Positions 1 to 10,012 of a DNA stretch of 64,000 bases are shown in pieces. Each line of letters opens with the position of its first letter. Position 1 is the first letter of the stretch. This DNA comes from Dehalococcoidia bacterium (GTDB lineage Bacteria > Chloroflexota > Dehalococcoidia > Lucifugimonadales > QGNO01): assembly GCA_965197965.1 (NCBI GenBank), contig OZ240235.1, forward strand, positions 859,037 through 923,036. Direction: 5' to 3'. A program made the translations under genes and the position numbers. The notes beneath the pieces are model-generated. The model ran no database searches and had not been told where the DNA came from. It saw only the letters and a list, made by a program, of their open reading frames with translations.

Positions 1-400
1 CCATCTGGTCATAAATGCGCTTTATAGCCTCTCCCATCTTCCAAGTAACGGTGCCCGCCACAATCATCAGATCAGCCTGGCGTGGTGACGCACGAAATAC
101 CTCCATTCCGAATCGCGATATGTCAAAGCGGGACATAGCGCTGGCCATCATTTCAAACGCACAGCAGGCCAACCCGAAGGCCAACGGCCATACGGCAGAA
201 CGGCGTCCCCAGTTCAACAGCGCATCCACCGAGGTCACCACTACGTTTCGCCCCAGGTCATCCGGCACTTCCAGCAACGGCTCATCATAGGGCGCAAGGG
301 AGGTATCCTTGAGGTGCTGTATCTTGGCTCCCTCTTCTCTATCCAGTTGCCACGTTGTGGCGTGGAGAGGGATGATTTTAGAGTTCTGGTCGTTCTCCAA
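1..400 (-). CDS. nuoB: NADH-quinone oxidoreductase subunit B (runs off window start)
   Basis: Manual translation from TTG at 400 gives ...[25 protein letters not shown]...[16 protein letters not shown]..., the NuoB signature; directly downstream of nuoA. Confidence 0.95.
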   Translation of the reverse strand, partial: MENDQNSKIIPLHATTWQLDREEGAKIQHLKDTSLAPYDEPLLEVPDDLGRNVVVTSVDALLNWGRRSAVWPLAFGLACCAFEMMASAMSRFDISRFGMEVFRASPRQADLMIVAGTVTWKMGEAIKRIYDQM

Positions 401-406
401 TTTAGT

Positions 407-793
407 CTACTCCCATTCCAGGGCGCGTTTGCGCCAAGCGTATACCAGTCCAATCACGAGTATCAGTACAAAGACCAACATCTCAAACAGGGCAAACAGT
501 CCAAGCTGCTGATACTGAACAGCCCAGGGATAAAGGAAGACCGTCTCTATGTCAAAGATGACAAAAAGAAGGGCGTACACGTAGTAGCGAAAGTTGAACT
601 GCGACCAGCGGCGGCCGCCTATAGGCTCCACGCCGCATTCGTATACCTGTCTCTTGACGGGGTCAGGCTTGGCAGGGCGGATGCGGATAAAGGAGGCCAG
701 CCAGGACAGAATCAGCATACTTGCCGGGATGATTATGGAGAATACAACCAAGATAGCCAAAAGGCCGTACTGTTGAAAATAGTTATCAAGCAT
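407..793 (-). CDS. nuoA: NADH-quinone oxidoreductase subunit A
   Basis: YECG and [15 protein letters not shown] motifs, three hydrophobic helices, C-terminal ALEW. Confidence 0.96.
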   Translation of the reverse strand: MLDNYFQQYGLLAILVVFSIIIPASMLILSWLASFIRIRPAKPDPVKRQVYECGVEPIGGRRWSQFNFRYYVYALLFVIFDIETVFLYPWAVQYQQLGLFALFEMLVFVLILVIGLVYAWRKRALEWE

Positions 794-870
794 GCTTTTT
801 CCCTACAGTATCCCTGGTTAAACCGGGGTTAAAACCCGCTATACCATACCATGCGGAACATTTGGCTTTC

Positions 871-888
871 AAGTGAAATTGTACACAA
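871..888. promoter_or_regulatory. Possible Rex- or CRP/FNR-type operator upstream of nuoA
   Basis: AAGTGAA-ATTG-TACACAA resembles Rex TTGTGAA-N4-TTCACAA (3 mismatches) and abuts a minus-strand TTGAAA -35-like hexamer. Confidence 0.3.
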
Positions 889-980
889 TCAAAGACCTGA
901 CTTGGAAGGTTTGTTGACATCCTAAATGCAGAGTGCCACACTAAAATCCAGCCCTTGATTTTAGTCCCGGATGGACTCCA

Positions 981-1952
981 ATGGCACTCCTTGAAATAGA
1001 AAACCTGTACGTCCGTTTCGATACCAAAGAGGGATCAATCAACGCGGTCAACGGCGTTGACCTCGCTGTGGAAGAGAACTCTATTGTAGCTGTAGTGGGG
1101 GAAAGCGGTTCTGGCAAGTCCGTCACGGCCCTGTCCTCCGTTGGCCTTCTGCCCTTTCCAGGGCGGGTAACAGCGGGAAGCGTGAGAATGGGGGGCGCCA
1201 ATCTATTGGAGCTGAACCAAGAGCAGATCCGAGCCGTGAGAGGCCCCCTCATAGGCATGGTCTTCCAAGATCCAAGGGCCTCGCTGAATCCCAGCATACC
1301 CATCGGCGTTCAAGTGCAGGAAGTGCTGCTCACGCACACAGGCATGACCAAGCGCGAGGCCCGCGAACGCTCTGAAGAGCTGCTGGTGGAAATGGGATTG
1401 CCCGACGCATCACACGTGCTCACGCAATACCCCTTCCAGCTAAGCGGCGGCATGTGCCAGCGAGTCATGCTATCCATTGCTCTGGCCCTCAGGCCAAAGC
1501 TTCTCATTGCCGATGAGCCCACGTCCAACCTGGATTCCACTCTTCAAGCCGCCATTCTCAGCCATCTCCGGCACCTCAGAGAGGAGTACGGCACCACCAT
1601 TCTGCTCATAACTCACGACATGGGCGTTGTTGCCCAGATGGCGGACTCCGTGGCAGTCATGTACGCCGGGACCATTGTCGAACGGGCCAGCACTATCGAT
1701 CTATTCAAAAGGCCCGCGCATCCGTATACCACCGGTCTGTTTCAAGCGCTGCCCAGGCTGGACGACGCGGAACGCCAGCTTGTCTCTATGCCAGGGAGGC
1801 CACCGGAGCTGGACGCCCCGCCGGAACACTGCTCCTTCCTGCCCAGATGTCCTAACGCAACCAGTATCTGCCACAACAGCCCCAGGCCGGCCCTGCGCTT
1901 AATCGCGGACAACCACGCCGTAGCTTGCTTCAACGAGAGACGGTACGATTAG
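981..1952 (+). CDS. oppD: Oligopeptide/dipeptide ABC transporter ATP-binding protein (OppD/DppD family)
   Basis: GESGSGKS Walker A, LSGGMCQR signature, IADEPT Walker B, HPYT and Cys-rich C-terminal domain. Confidence 0.93.
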   Translation: MALLEIENLYVRFDTKEGSINAVNGVDLAVEENSIVAVVGESGSGKSVTALSSVGLLPFPGRVTAGSVRMGGANLLELNQEQIRAVRGPLIGMVFQDPRASLNPSIPIGVQVQEVLLTHTGMTKREARERSEELLVEMGLPDASHVLTQYPFQLSGGMCQRVMLSIALALRPKLLIADEPTSNLDSTLQAAILSHLRHLREEYGTTILLITHDMGVVAQMADSVAVMYAGTIVERASTIDLFKRPAHPYTTGLFQALPRLDDAERQLVSMPGRPPELDAPPEHCSFLPRCPNATSICHNSPRPALRLIADNHAVACFNERRYD

Positions 1953-2019
1953 CCTCTACCCTGGCCCGTGACGCCTGGGCCAGCTCAACGAACAGTGTTT
2001 CTATGGCAAGGTCGTCGCT
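1914..2019. repeat. 106-bp direct repeat, copy 1 (oppD 3' end plus displaced holA 3' end)
   Basis: Matches 3785-3890 with 6 substitutions counted by eye. Confidence 0.95.
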
Positions 2020-2110
2020 GAGATTACTTGCGAACAGCTTTTTACGTGCGTGTCTCTGGAGAGCCCCAGGAATTATGAACAAGGCTCCATTGCATACCAT
2101 CTTACAATCC

Positions 2111-3490
2111 CTAGACTTCCAGTCGCCTCCCATCGATAAGCAAGGGGAGATCATCCTCGTAGCCTGCGAGCCTGCAAAGAGCAACCAGGTCCACCCAGAT
2201 CATGAACTTGTACTGGCTGTACCACTCATCACCCACGTTCGCTGAGAGGTAAGTCCCGTCGTGAACCAGCTTGTTCCTTATATCTACAGCTCTTCTGCAG
2301 GCCTTGGCATCCAAAGGCAAATCGAGTTCCCTGATCAAGAACTCGAGACGCTGCCTAAATGATCGACGGTACGCACCTCGAAGTTGGTCAATGGCACGCT
2401 TTCGCAGTTCCTTAGTCAATTGTGGTAGACGCACAGCCTCTATAGCATTTCTCAGGGTGGGTAGCACTCGTCTCCCAAATTCCTTCTCCTCCACAACATT
2501 GTGGGCTTTCTTCGCACTCGCGTACTTGAAGACGATCAAATCGAGAAGAGTCGAAGCCAAAAGGCCTCGAGCTTCCAAGTACGACGTCTCATCGCAGGCA
2601 TTGATGAAGTAGTTGATCATCTCCTTCATGGTGCTTCGGTCGAGGGCTTTATCAACATCGCCTAGGAAGGACTTCGCGAGCGCCTGGAAGTCCAGCTTTG
2701 GTATCGCACTAACCATTCCGCTTCGCAGTCGACGAAATCTGACTGTCTTGGAGTATGGACCAGTTACCGCATCCTTGTGAAACCTTTCCACGACCCTATC
2801 TGTGCCGACTTCGAAAGCTTCTCCGTAGTACCAGTCTACTCTGTTGCCGGTTACTAGGCGGAATGCAGAAACCAGATCATTCATGAAATCCCCATAGCGT
2901 TCCAGGGACAGGTTTGACCCGTCTGAGGTCTTGATCGAGACCTCAGCAGTTGGTGCTATCCCCCGCACAGCCACGATGCTGTCAGCCACTTCCATGTAGT
3001 TGCCAACTGGAGCAACCGTAACGGTCATGCCTCCAGCTTCAAGTGCAATGGGCTCTGGCGCCACCTCTTTATCATGCCAAAGCAGATTCGACACCAGAAA
3101 ATGTACTTTGTCATAGCCTGACTCCATGGCCCCCTCGCGTTGAGCCCTTATGCATCGGGAAACAAAGACACGTGCAGGATGAACGGCACTCTTGGGAGCA
3201 TCTAGGGGTCCTAATATTGGCAAAGCTAACGTCTGCCCACAGGTTGTAACATCCCAGCCGTCCATATCTCGGCCATGGAACGACGGTTTTGAATAGAAGC
3301 TCCCGGCAATCGTTGCCGACCCACCTGCATCATGGACTATCGGCACAAAGCCTATTGCTATTCCCCCTCCCGTCAACTGCTTCGCCTCGAAGTAGCCTTT
3401 GTATGCAATCCCCGAGTCATCCGGAAACGTGAGGTCAGCAACACCTTCATATCTAACTAAGGATGTCCCGTACACTTCCAGCGACTTCAT
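2111..3490 (-). CDS. ApeA-like HEPN-domain protein, putative anti-phage RNase
   Basis: C-terminal RNKLVH (Rx4H HEPN motif) after a helical region; beta-rich N-terminal half; appears lower in GC than flanks; lies between the direct repeats. Confidence 0.65.
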   Translation of the reverse strand: MKSLEVYGTSLVRYEGVADLTFPDDSGIAYKGYFEAKQLTGGGIAIGFVPIVHDAGGSATIAGSFYSKPSFHGRDMDGWDVTTCGQTLALPILGPLDAPKSAVHPARVFVSRCIRAQREGAMESGYDKVHFLVSNLLWHDKEVAPEPIALEAGGMTVTVAPVGNYMEVADSIVAVRGIAPTAEVSIKTSDGSNLSLERYGDFMNDLVSAFRLVTGNRVDWYYGEAFEVGTDRVVERFHKDAVTGPYSKTVRFRRLRSGMVSAIPKLDFQALAKSFLGDVDKALDRSTMKEMINYFINACDETSYLEARGLLASTLLDLIVFKYASAKKAHNVVEEKEFGRRVLPTLRNAIEAVRLPQLTKELRKRAIDQLRGAYRRSFRQRLEFLIRELDLPLDAKACRRAVDIRNKLVHDGTYLSANVGDEWYSQYKFMIWVDLVALCRLAGYEDDLPLLIDGRRLEV

Positions 3491-3784
3491 GCCATGTGTC
3501 CCACCGGATAGCAGAATGGAGCCTTTCAGCTTCCCACCAAGTTTGTACCATATGCCATTTGGTGCTACAAGGACATGGAAAGGGTTTGGCTGGCATTGGG
3601 GTCGCGCTGGCGCTTGCGGCCAATTGAAGTTCTTGACGCAGCTGTTCTAGGGGTGAAGCAGGACCAACGTTTAGTGTGCATACGCACCCTCTACTCAATG
3701 ACCCACACCAAAGCCCTGCATTTCCGACAGCCCGTTTCAAGAGGGTTCCACATGTGGGTATAAAAGCCCTTAAATGGCCTATTT

Positions 3785-3890
3785 CATGCCGTAGCTTGCT
3801 TCAACGAGAGGCGGTACGATTAGCCTCTGCCCTGACCTGTGACGCCTGGGCCAGTTCAACGAACAGTGTTTCTATGGCAAGGTCGTCGCT
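3785..3890. repeat. 106-bp direct repeat, copy 2 (current holA 3' end)
   Basis: Matches 1914-2019. Confidence 0.95.
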
Positions 3891-4841
3891 TAGCGCGCCT
3901 CTTTTGATGGCTAAATCCGCCTCCAGCAAGCTAACGTACATTGCCACTATCTTCTCCTTGCTGTGCCGGCGCGACTGTTCCTGGACCCTCTTCACCGCGA
4001 ACTCAGCCCTTAGTCCCAAACGCCGCGCCATTTCCGAACCCGGTACGCCCTGTCCAACCAGGTCTTTGGCCAGCAGCATCAGGCGCAGTTGACGTGCCAG
4101 CATGGCTATGATGTAGCCTGCGTCCGCTCCGCTTTCTTGCATCTGCTTTATGAGGCGCAGGGCGTTGGACGTCCTCCCTCCCAGCACCATATCCACCGTT
4201 CTGAATATGTTGGCTTCCCTTGAATTGGCCACCAGAAGCTGGACTATCTCACGGTCAACGGTCTCGCCGTCTGCATACAGAGCTAGTTTCTCCAACTCGC
4301 CTTGCATCACCCATAAGTCTCCGCCCACCAGGTCTATCAACTGCCGTTCGGCGCTGGGGGTGAAATTCAACTCCATCTCCCTTACCCGTCTCGCCAGCCA
4401 CCGGCTCAGGGCATCCCCGGTTAGGATGCGGAACTCCTTTACCTCAGCCAAGTCGCTCAGTTTGGATAGCAACGGATTGCCCCTGCTCAGTCTTCCATCC
4501 AAGAAAACCAGCAAGGTGGTGGGAGGCAGATCGCTCAACGACTGGGACAAGTCCTTCCACTCTTCCAAAAGGTCGTTCTGTCTTCCGCCTGCAGCTCCCC
4601 TTCTCCGCACCGGCCGCACTTCTTCAAAGCGGCCCAGCAGTCCCGCGGCAATCACCAGGCGGCGCTCCGCCAAAAAGGGCACAACGTTGGCCACCTGCAA
4701 CAGGTGCTGCAACTTTAGGTCCGGGCCTTCCAGAACCGTAGTGTTGGCGTCTCTTATGTCAATCTGGCCTATCTCTTCCCGCAGAGCATTCAAGAACGCC
4801 TTCTTGGAAAAATCGTCTTCACCGTGGAGAACGTAGATCAC
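3801..4841 (-). CDS. holA: DNA polymerase III subunit delta
   Basis: IYVLHGED start, PFLAERRLV, ELEKLALY, NIF, LLEADLAIKRG. Confidence 0.93.
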   Translation of the reverse strand: MIYVLHGEDDFSKKAFLNALREEIGQIDIRDANTTVLEGPDLKLQHLLQVANVVPFLAERRLVIAAGLLGRFEEVRPVRRRGAAGGRQNDLLEEWKDLSQSLSDLPPTTLLVFLDGRLSRGNPLLSKLSDLAEVKEFRILTGDALSRWLARRVREMELNFTPSAERQLIDLVGGDLWVMQGELEKLALYADGETVDREIVQLLVANSREANIFRTVDMVLGGRTSNALRLIKQMQESGADAGYIIAMLARQLRLMLLAKDLVGQGVPGSEMARRLGLRAEFAVKRVQEQSRRHSKEKIVAMYVSLLEADLAIKRGALSDDLAIETLFVELAQASQVRAEANRTASR

Positions 4842-4875
4842 GGAAGCCCTCTTTCTTCCGGCAGGGAGATTTTCG

Positions 4876-4904
4876 TTGACACGCCAGATACCTTACAATA
4901 CTCT
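4876..4904 (+). promoter_or_regulatory. Sigma70-type promoter for the kinase-ychF unit
   Basis: TTGACA-17 bp-TACTCT. Confidence 0.5.
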
Positions 4905-4994
4905 TAACGTATACAACATTGTCATCAGGTAGTGATTACTGGCTCTCAATAAGACCGCCCCGTTTGTTGCGTCTGTTCTACCTTTGCTCTTTGA

Positions 4995-7325
4995 TTGCAA
5001 ATGAACCCCACTGCAAGTGAAATTTTAGGAAAATATGAAATCATCGAATGGCTGAGCACCTCCGGTATCGCTTCCATTCTCCATGCCCGTGATACCGAAA
5101 CCGGCTCCGTCGTCGTTCTGAAAATACTGCACGCCTACTTCGCCAAGGAGCACGAAGCGATGCGCATCTTCCTGGCAGAGATGGAGCAGGCGAGCCATCT
5201 CCGACATCCCAATATCGTGCCGATGCACGGTGTAGAGCACGTCGGAGAGGACACAGCCATTGTGATGGACTACGTACCATACCCCACCCTCAAAGCTCGG
5301 AAGGCGCAGACGATGCCCGTGGGCGAGGTTATTCACATTCTGAAGCAGGTGGCTTCGGCCCTGGATTTCGCCCAGACTAAGAAGATACTGCACCGAGACA
5401 TCAGACCCAGCAACGTCTTCTACGACGAGAAATCCGGCCATGCAATGTTATCCGACTTCGGCATAGTGAGGCTCGTGGAAAGCACCCACGCCCTGGTTAG
5501 GACTACTATAAACATACCCCTACCCGGGTATTCGGCGCCTGAGCAGAATCAGGGCCTCCACTACAACCCCTACAGCGACGTCTATTCATTGGGGGTGCTT
5601 GCCTATCAGCTTCTAACCGGCAACCCTCCCTTTGAGGCTCTGACGCCTCACTCCGTCCTCTCCAGGCAGCTCAGATACGTACCGGAGGCTCCGTCTAGCC
5701 TGGTTGAAGGAATACCTCCCGCCGCCGACGAGGTCATGCTCAAAGCCCTGGAGCCCAAGCCTGAAAACCGTTTTGCCACTTCAACCGAGTTCGTGGACAG
5801 CCTGGTCCAGGCGGTTGGGCCTGAACTTGCTCAGAGGCCGGCCGTGCAAAGCGAGGCGGAAGACGGAGAGGAAGCGACGGCCCGCCTGGAACAAACGACT
5901 GTCATTGCTCCCGACGTGGACGTGGAGACCGCTGAGCGTATCTTTTGTCCGCTCTGCGGCACGGGCAACGCCGCTTCCTCCAGGCGCTGTTCCAACTGCT
6001 GGGGCTCGCTCGTGGCCCAGCCGGTTGTTTCCGTAGAGGAAGAGGAGAAGTTGCTGGAGCGCTACTGGGGCCAGCTGAGAAAGCGCAAGCGGATCACCTG
6101 GATAGCCATTAGTGCAACCGTAGCAGTGCTTGCGGCATGGTGGGTGTTCAATCTGATAGAGACGCGCCCGCCCCTGCCGGGGCCCGCCGGCTCTATCACC
6201 GCGGTGTCCGGCGCTGACGAGTGGGTAACCGCGCAGCGCGGCAACTTCCACACCGGCTACGTCCCCGGCCCAGCCTTCGATCCGTCCGGCGAAGTGGCGT
6301 GGCAATTTCAAACAGAGGGACAGATCCTGGGAGCGCCCGCTGTAGTAGACGGCCTGGTGTTCGTTGGAAGCAACGACCGGCGCATCGTGGCCCTGGATGA
6401 GGAATCCGGCAGCGTGGTATGGGAACACCCCCTGGATATACAGCCCAACTCAGTGCCAACCGTGGCCGGCGACTTCCTCTACTGGGGACTTCGCGACGGT
6501 AGGCTCATTGCCCTTGACTACAAGACCGGCGACACGGTCTGGACCTACAAGACGGGCGCTGCCATCTACGGCGCACCCACCGTTGTCGAAGGCGTTCTCT
6601 ACGTAGGCTCATCCGACGGCGGAATCTACGTGCTGGACGCACTGACGGGAGAAGAGCGGTGGAAGAAGATAACCAAGAACTGGGTGGTGGCCTCGCCAAG
6701 CGTGGACCAGGGGGTCTTGGTTTTTGGAGGGCAGGACGGCGAGCTGTATATGTTCGACGCGAACAACGGCACACTCCGTCATCAGGTAGACCTTGGCAGT
6801 GGCGTGGACAACTCCACCACTATTGTTGACGGCATCGCCTACGTGGCGACTCGGAGCGGCACCTTGGTGGCCTTCGATTACACGCAGAAGAGCACAGCGT
6901 TTCAGAAGGCGGTGTGGAGCTGGTGGTTCCAGCTTTGGATCTGGAACGTGGCGCCAATACCGGACCCCATTCCAGGGTTGCAGTGGGCCAGGCGGCTGCG
7001 CGAGACCGTTGTGGGCGACTTAGCCACCGACGGCGCCCGCCTATTTGTCAACACAACCGACGGCGTAGTGCGCGCCATAGACCTGAAGAAGGGGACTACT
7101 GACTGGGAGACGGAAGGACTCGGTACGCTTTACTCCTCTCCCATTATAACCGGCGATACCGTTGTGCAAACCTCGGTTAACGGCGCCGTCTACGGCCTGG
7201 ACGCCTCCAACGGTGAAGAGAAGTGGCGCATCTCTGTTGACGGATCGGTTATATCCTCACCGGTGCTGGCGGGCAATAAGCTCTTCGTCCCCACTATCGA
7301 AGGCCGGTTGATAGCCGTTCAGTAG
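4995..7325 (+). CDS. Hanks-type Ser/Thr kinase with zinc ribbon, TM helix and PQQ-like (BamB-type) beta-propeller
   Basis: VVLK, HRDIRPSN, DFG, YSAPE, SDVYSLG; CPLC..CSNC; one TM helix; repeated A(L/F)DxxxGxxxW propeller motifs. Confidence 0.88.
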   Translation: MQMNPTASEILGKYEIIEWLSTSGIASILHARDTETGSVVVLKILHAYFAKEHEAMRIFLAEMEQASHLRHPNIVPMHGVEHVGEDTAIVMDYVPYPTLKARKAQTMPVGEVIHILKQVASALDFAQTKKILHRDIRPSNVFYDEKSGHAMLSDFGIVRLVESTHALVRTTINIPLPGYSAPEQNQGLHYNPYSDVYSLGVLAYQLLTGNPPFEALTPHSVLSRQLRYVPEAPSSLVEGIPPAADEVMLKALEPKPENRFATSTEFVDSLVQAVGPELAQRPAVQSEAEDGEEATARLEQTTVIAPDVDVETAERIFCPLCGTGNAASSRRCSNCWGSLVAQPVVSVEEEEKLLERYWGQLRKRKRITWIAISATVAVLAAWWVFNLIETRPPLPGPAGSITAVSGADEWVTAQRGNFHTGYVPGPAFDPSGEVAWQFQTEGQILGAPAVVDGLVFVGSNDRRIVALDEESGSVVWEHPLDIQPNSVPTVAGDFLYWGLRDGRLIALDYKTGDTVWTYKTGAAIYGAPTVVEGVLYVGSSDGGIYVLDALTGEERWKKITKNWVVASPSVDQGVLVFGGQDGELYMFDANNGTLRHQVDLGSGVDNSTTIVDGIAYVATRSGTLVAFDYTQKSTAFQKAVWSWWFQLWIWNVAPIPDPIPGLQWARRLRETVVGDLATDGARLFVNTTDGVVRAIDLKKGTTDWETEGLGTLYSSPIITGDTVVQTSVNGAVYGLDASNGEEKWRISVDGSVISSPVLAGNKLFVPTIEGRLIAVQ

Positions 7326-7332
7326 CATCTCC

Positions 7333-8430
7333 ATGGAACTCGGAATTATCGGGTTGGCCAGGAGCGGCAAGTCCACCGTATTCAACACTCTCACCCGTGG
7401 ACGCGTCTCCACCGCGTCCACGGGTGCGACCGCCAAGTCGAACATAGGTATAGCCAAGGTGCCCGATGGGCGTCTCGGCGTACTTGCTGGCATATTCAAG
7501 CCGAAACGCGTCACCAACGCCGAGGTCCAATATATCGACCTGCTCAACACCCCTGAAGGCTTGGGCAAAGACCGTGGTATAACAGGCGAATACTTCAATG
7601 TTCTGCAACGCGTGGACGCATTGGTCCACGTGGTGCGCACCTTCGAAAATCCCGCCGTGCCCCATGTAGAGGGAAGCATAGACCCTTTCCGTGACATCGT
7701 TACGCTGGACTTGGAGCTCACCTTTTCCGACGTGGCGATTTTGGAACGCCGCTTGGAGAGGCTGGACACGGAACTGAAGGGCGCCAAAGCCCAGGAACGC
7801 GACCGTATCAATCGTGAAAGCGCCATCTTGCAGAAAATCAACCAGAGACTGCTGGAAGAGATACCAGTGAGAGAACAAGAGCTCACCGGCGACGAGAAGA
7901 AGCAGATCAGCGCTTTGCAGCTTCTCACCGCCAAGCCTCTGCTTGTGCTTCTAAACATAGGAGAGGACCAGCTGTCCAGCGTCAGCCAGTTGGAAACCGA
8001 CCTTCAGCGGACGGTCAACCGGCCAAACGTGTCCTGTGTTGCTCTCTGCGGACGTTTGGAAGAAGAGCTGTCCCAGATGGATGAAGAAGAGGAAGCCGAG
8101 TTTAGGAAATCCCTCAACGCGGGCGAGCCTGGCCATGACAGGGTTGTTCAAGGGTCGTACCGTCTGCTTCACCTTGTCTCTTTCTTGACCGGCAACTCCA
8201 ACGAAGTCAAAGCGTGGACCGTCCCCCTGGATACTCCGGCGGCACAGGCCGCCGGGCGCATTCATTCCGATATGGAGCGCGGTTTTATCAGAGCAGAGGT
8301 AATCCCCTACGACGATCTAGAGGAGTGCGGCTCACTGGCAGAGGCCAGGCGTAGGGGGCTGCTGCGCTCGGAAGGCAAGGGCTATCCGGTCAAGGACGGC
8401 GACGTGATAAACTTCCTGTTCAACGTTTAG
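7333..8430 (+). CDS. ychF: Redox-regulated ATPase YchF (Obg family)
   Basis: GIIGLARSGKSTVFN, AAGRIHSDMERGFIRAEV, EGKGYPVKDGDVINFLFNV. Confidence 0.95.
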   Translation: MELGIIGLARSGKSTVFNTLTRGRVSTASTGATAKSNIGIAKVPDGRLGVLAGIFKPKRVTNAEVQYIDLLNTPEGLGKDRGITGEYFNVLQRVDALVHVVRTFENPAVPHVEGSIDPFRDIVTLDLELTFSDVAILERRLERLDTELKGAKAQERDRINRESAILQKINQRLLEEIPVREQELTGDEKKQISALQLLTAKPLLVLLNIGEDQLSSVSQLETDLQRTVNRPNVSCVALCGRLEEELSQMDEEEEAEFRKSLNAGEPGHDRVVQGSYRLLHLVSFLTGNSNEVKAWTVPLDTPAAQAAGRIHSDMERGFIRAEVIPYDDLEECGSLAEARRRGLLRSEGKGYPVKDGDVINFLFNV

Positions 8431-8505
8431 CCTGGGATTGCTTTAGCCCGGCTTGGTTTAGCCCGGCCGCAGGGCTATTTGCAACCCCGGAATATAATCA
8501 GCGCC

Positions 8506-9738
8506 ATGACAGTCAAGCAAACTCAAAGCCTTCAGATAAGCGATCAGTTCAAAGCAGAGACCATCTCTCTCTATATTCACATCCCCTTCTGCGAAACAAA
8601 GTGCCCTTACTGCGACTTCAATACGTACGCAGGCATAGAGCCACTGATCCCTGAATACGTCGATGCCTTGATCAACGAGGCGCGCTTTTGGGGCGACTCC
8701 ATATCCCGGCATCATTCGCCAGCCGTCAGCACCGTGTTCTTTGGCGGAGGCACGCCGTCCTACGTACCCCCGGGAGACATCGCCCGCATCCTGGACGAAG
8801 TTCGTTCCGCTTTCCATCTTGCAACCACCGCCGAGATCACTTTGGAAAGCAACCCCGGCGATATTGCCGCAGGGCGGGTCGAGGCCTGGCTCAAGGCTGG
8901 GATAAACCGTCTTTCCATTGGAGTGCAAAGCCTAGACGACGGTCTGCTCCAGCTGTTGGGACGCCGACACACCGCCCTGGAAGCGCTGGATGCTCACAAA
9001 GCAGCCCGCAACGGTGGGCTTGCCAACATCAACCTGGACCTGATGTACGGCCTTCCCCACCAGACGCTGGACCAGTGGCGCGCCACGCTAGAGGAAGCGC
9101 TGGAAGATAGGCCGGAACACATCTCCATGTACGGCCTAACCCTTGAAGAAGGCACTCCTCTGGAAGCGCTGGTGCGCCAAGGCAAGGTACCCTACCCTGA
9201 CCCTGACCTTGGCGCCGATATGTACCTGCTTGCCGGGAAACTGGGACAGGATGCCGGATACCATCACTACGAGATCTCCAACTGGGCTTTGCCTGGCCGC
9301 GAGTGCCTGCACAACCTCACCTACTGGCGCAATCAGCCCTACCTTGGCATTGGGCCGGGAGCTCACTCTTATCTCAACGGCTACAGGTTTTCCAACCTAC
9401 GCTCGCCCAGACGGTACATACAACTGGCCGGCGCACTGACATCAGCCAGAGTCCATCCCGCCGGCTTACAGGAGTACGGCATGCTGGACTTAGTGGAGGC
9501 TATAGACGAACGCCTTGAGATGGCGGAGACCATGATGCTAGGGCTGCGTCTCAGCGAAGGCATATCGCAAGGAGCATTTCGAAGTCGTTTTGGCGCCGGC
9601 CTTGTCGAAACGTACGGCCCGCAAATCGAGGAGCTGCTGGGCTTGGAGTTGGTGGCCTGGCAAGAAGACTGCCTGGTCCTCACTCCGACTGGCAGACTGC
9701 TGGGCAACGAGGTGTTCCAAAGGTTTCTCTTTCCCTAG
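8506..9738 (+). CDS. hemW: Radical SAM heme chaperone HemW
   Basis: LYIHIPFCETKCPYCDF, FGGGTPS, YEISNW, HNLTYW (HNxxYW); TATAAT 7 nt before ATG 8506 suggests a leaderless start. Confidence 0.9.
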   Translation: MTVKQTQSLQISDQFKAETISLYIHIPFCETKCPYCDFNTYAGIEPLIPEYVDALINEARFWGDSISRHHSPAVSTVFFGGGTPSYVPPGDIARILDEVRSAFHLATTAEITLESNPGDIAAGRVEAWLKAGINRLSIGVQSLDDGLLQLLGRRHTALEALDAHKAARNGGLANINLDLMYGLPHQTLDQWRATLEEALEDRPEHISMYGLTLEEGTPLEALVRQGKVPYPDPDLGADMYLLAGKLGQDAGYHHYEISNWALPGRECLHNLTYWRNQPYLGIGPGAHSYLNGYRFSNLRSPRRYIQLAGALTSARVHPAGLQEYGMLDLVEAIDERLEMAETMMLGLRLSEGISQGAFRSRFGAGLVETYGPQIEELLGLELVAWQEDCLVLTPTGRLLGNEVFQRFLFP

Positions 9739-9798
9739 CCCCACCGCGCCCCGTACGCCCCCATTCGTCGTTCCACCACCCCTGGGTTCCTGCCTCCA

Positions 9799-9916
9799 GA
9801 GACCTTTGCAAAACCTCTTTCCCCTTGATGGGGGAAGATTGAGATGGGGGTGAACCGCGCCTGGTCACGCTTTTTGCCCCCATCCTAACCTTCCCCCCAC
9901 TTGCTGGGGGAAGGGA
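9799..9916. repeat. REP/MITE-like palindromic intergenic element, copy 1
   Basis: GAGACCTTTGCAAAA then CCCCTTGATGGGGGAAGATTGAGATGGGGGTGAACCGCGCCTGG, followed by an inverted partner CCCCCATCCTAACCTTCCCCC; core repeated at 20853-20905. Confidence 0.7.
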
Positions 9917-10012
9917 TCAGGCGTCTCCCCCCCCCCCCCGCAGGAAAGACGGGTAGGCCCGCCCTGGAATATGCTATCCTTCTTCCATCCCTGACAACCG
10001 TTCAACCGCGCT

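Noticed and set aside
1930-2184. 84-aa ORF ending like HolA
   Set aside because: A by-product of the duplicated holA 3' end.
2020-3784. Integrase or transposase in the islet
   Set aside because: No recombinase motifs in the ORFs present.
8506-9738. HemN coproporphyrinogen dehydrogenase
   Set aside because: The HNxxYW motif and CxxxCPYCDF pattern indicate HemW.
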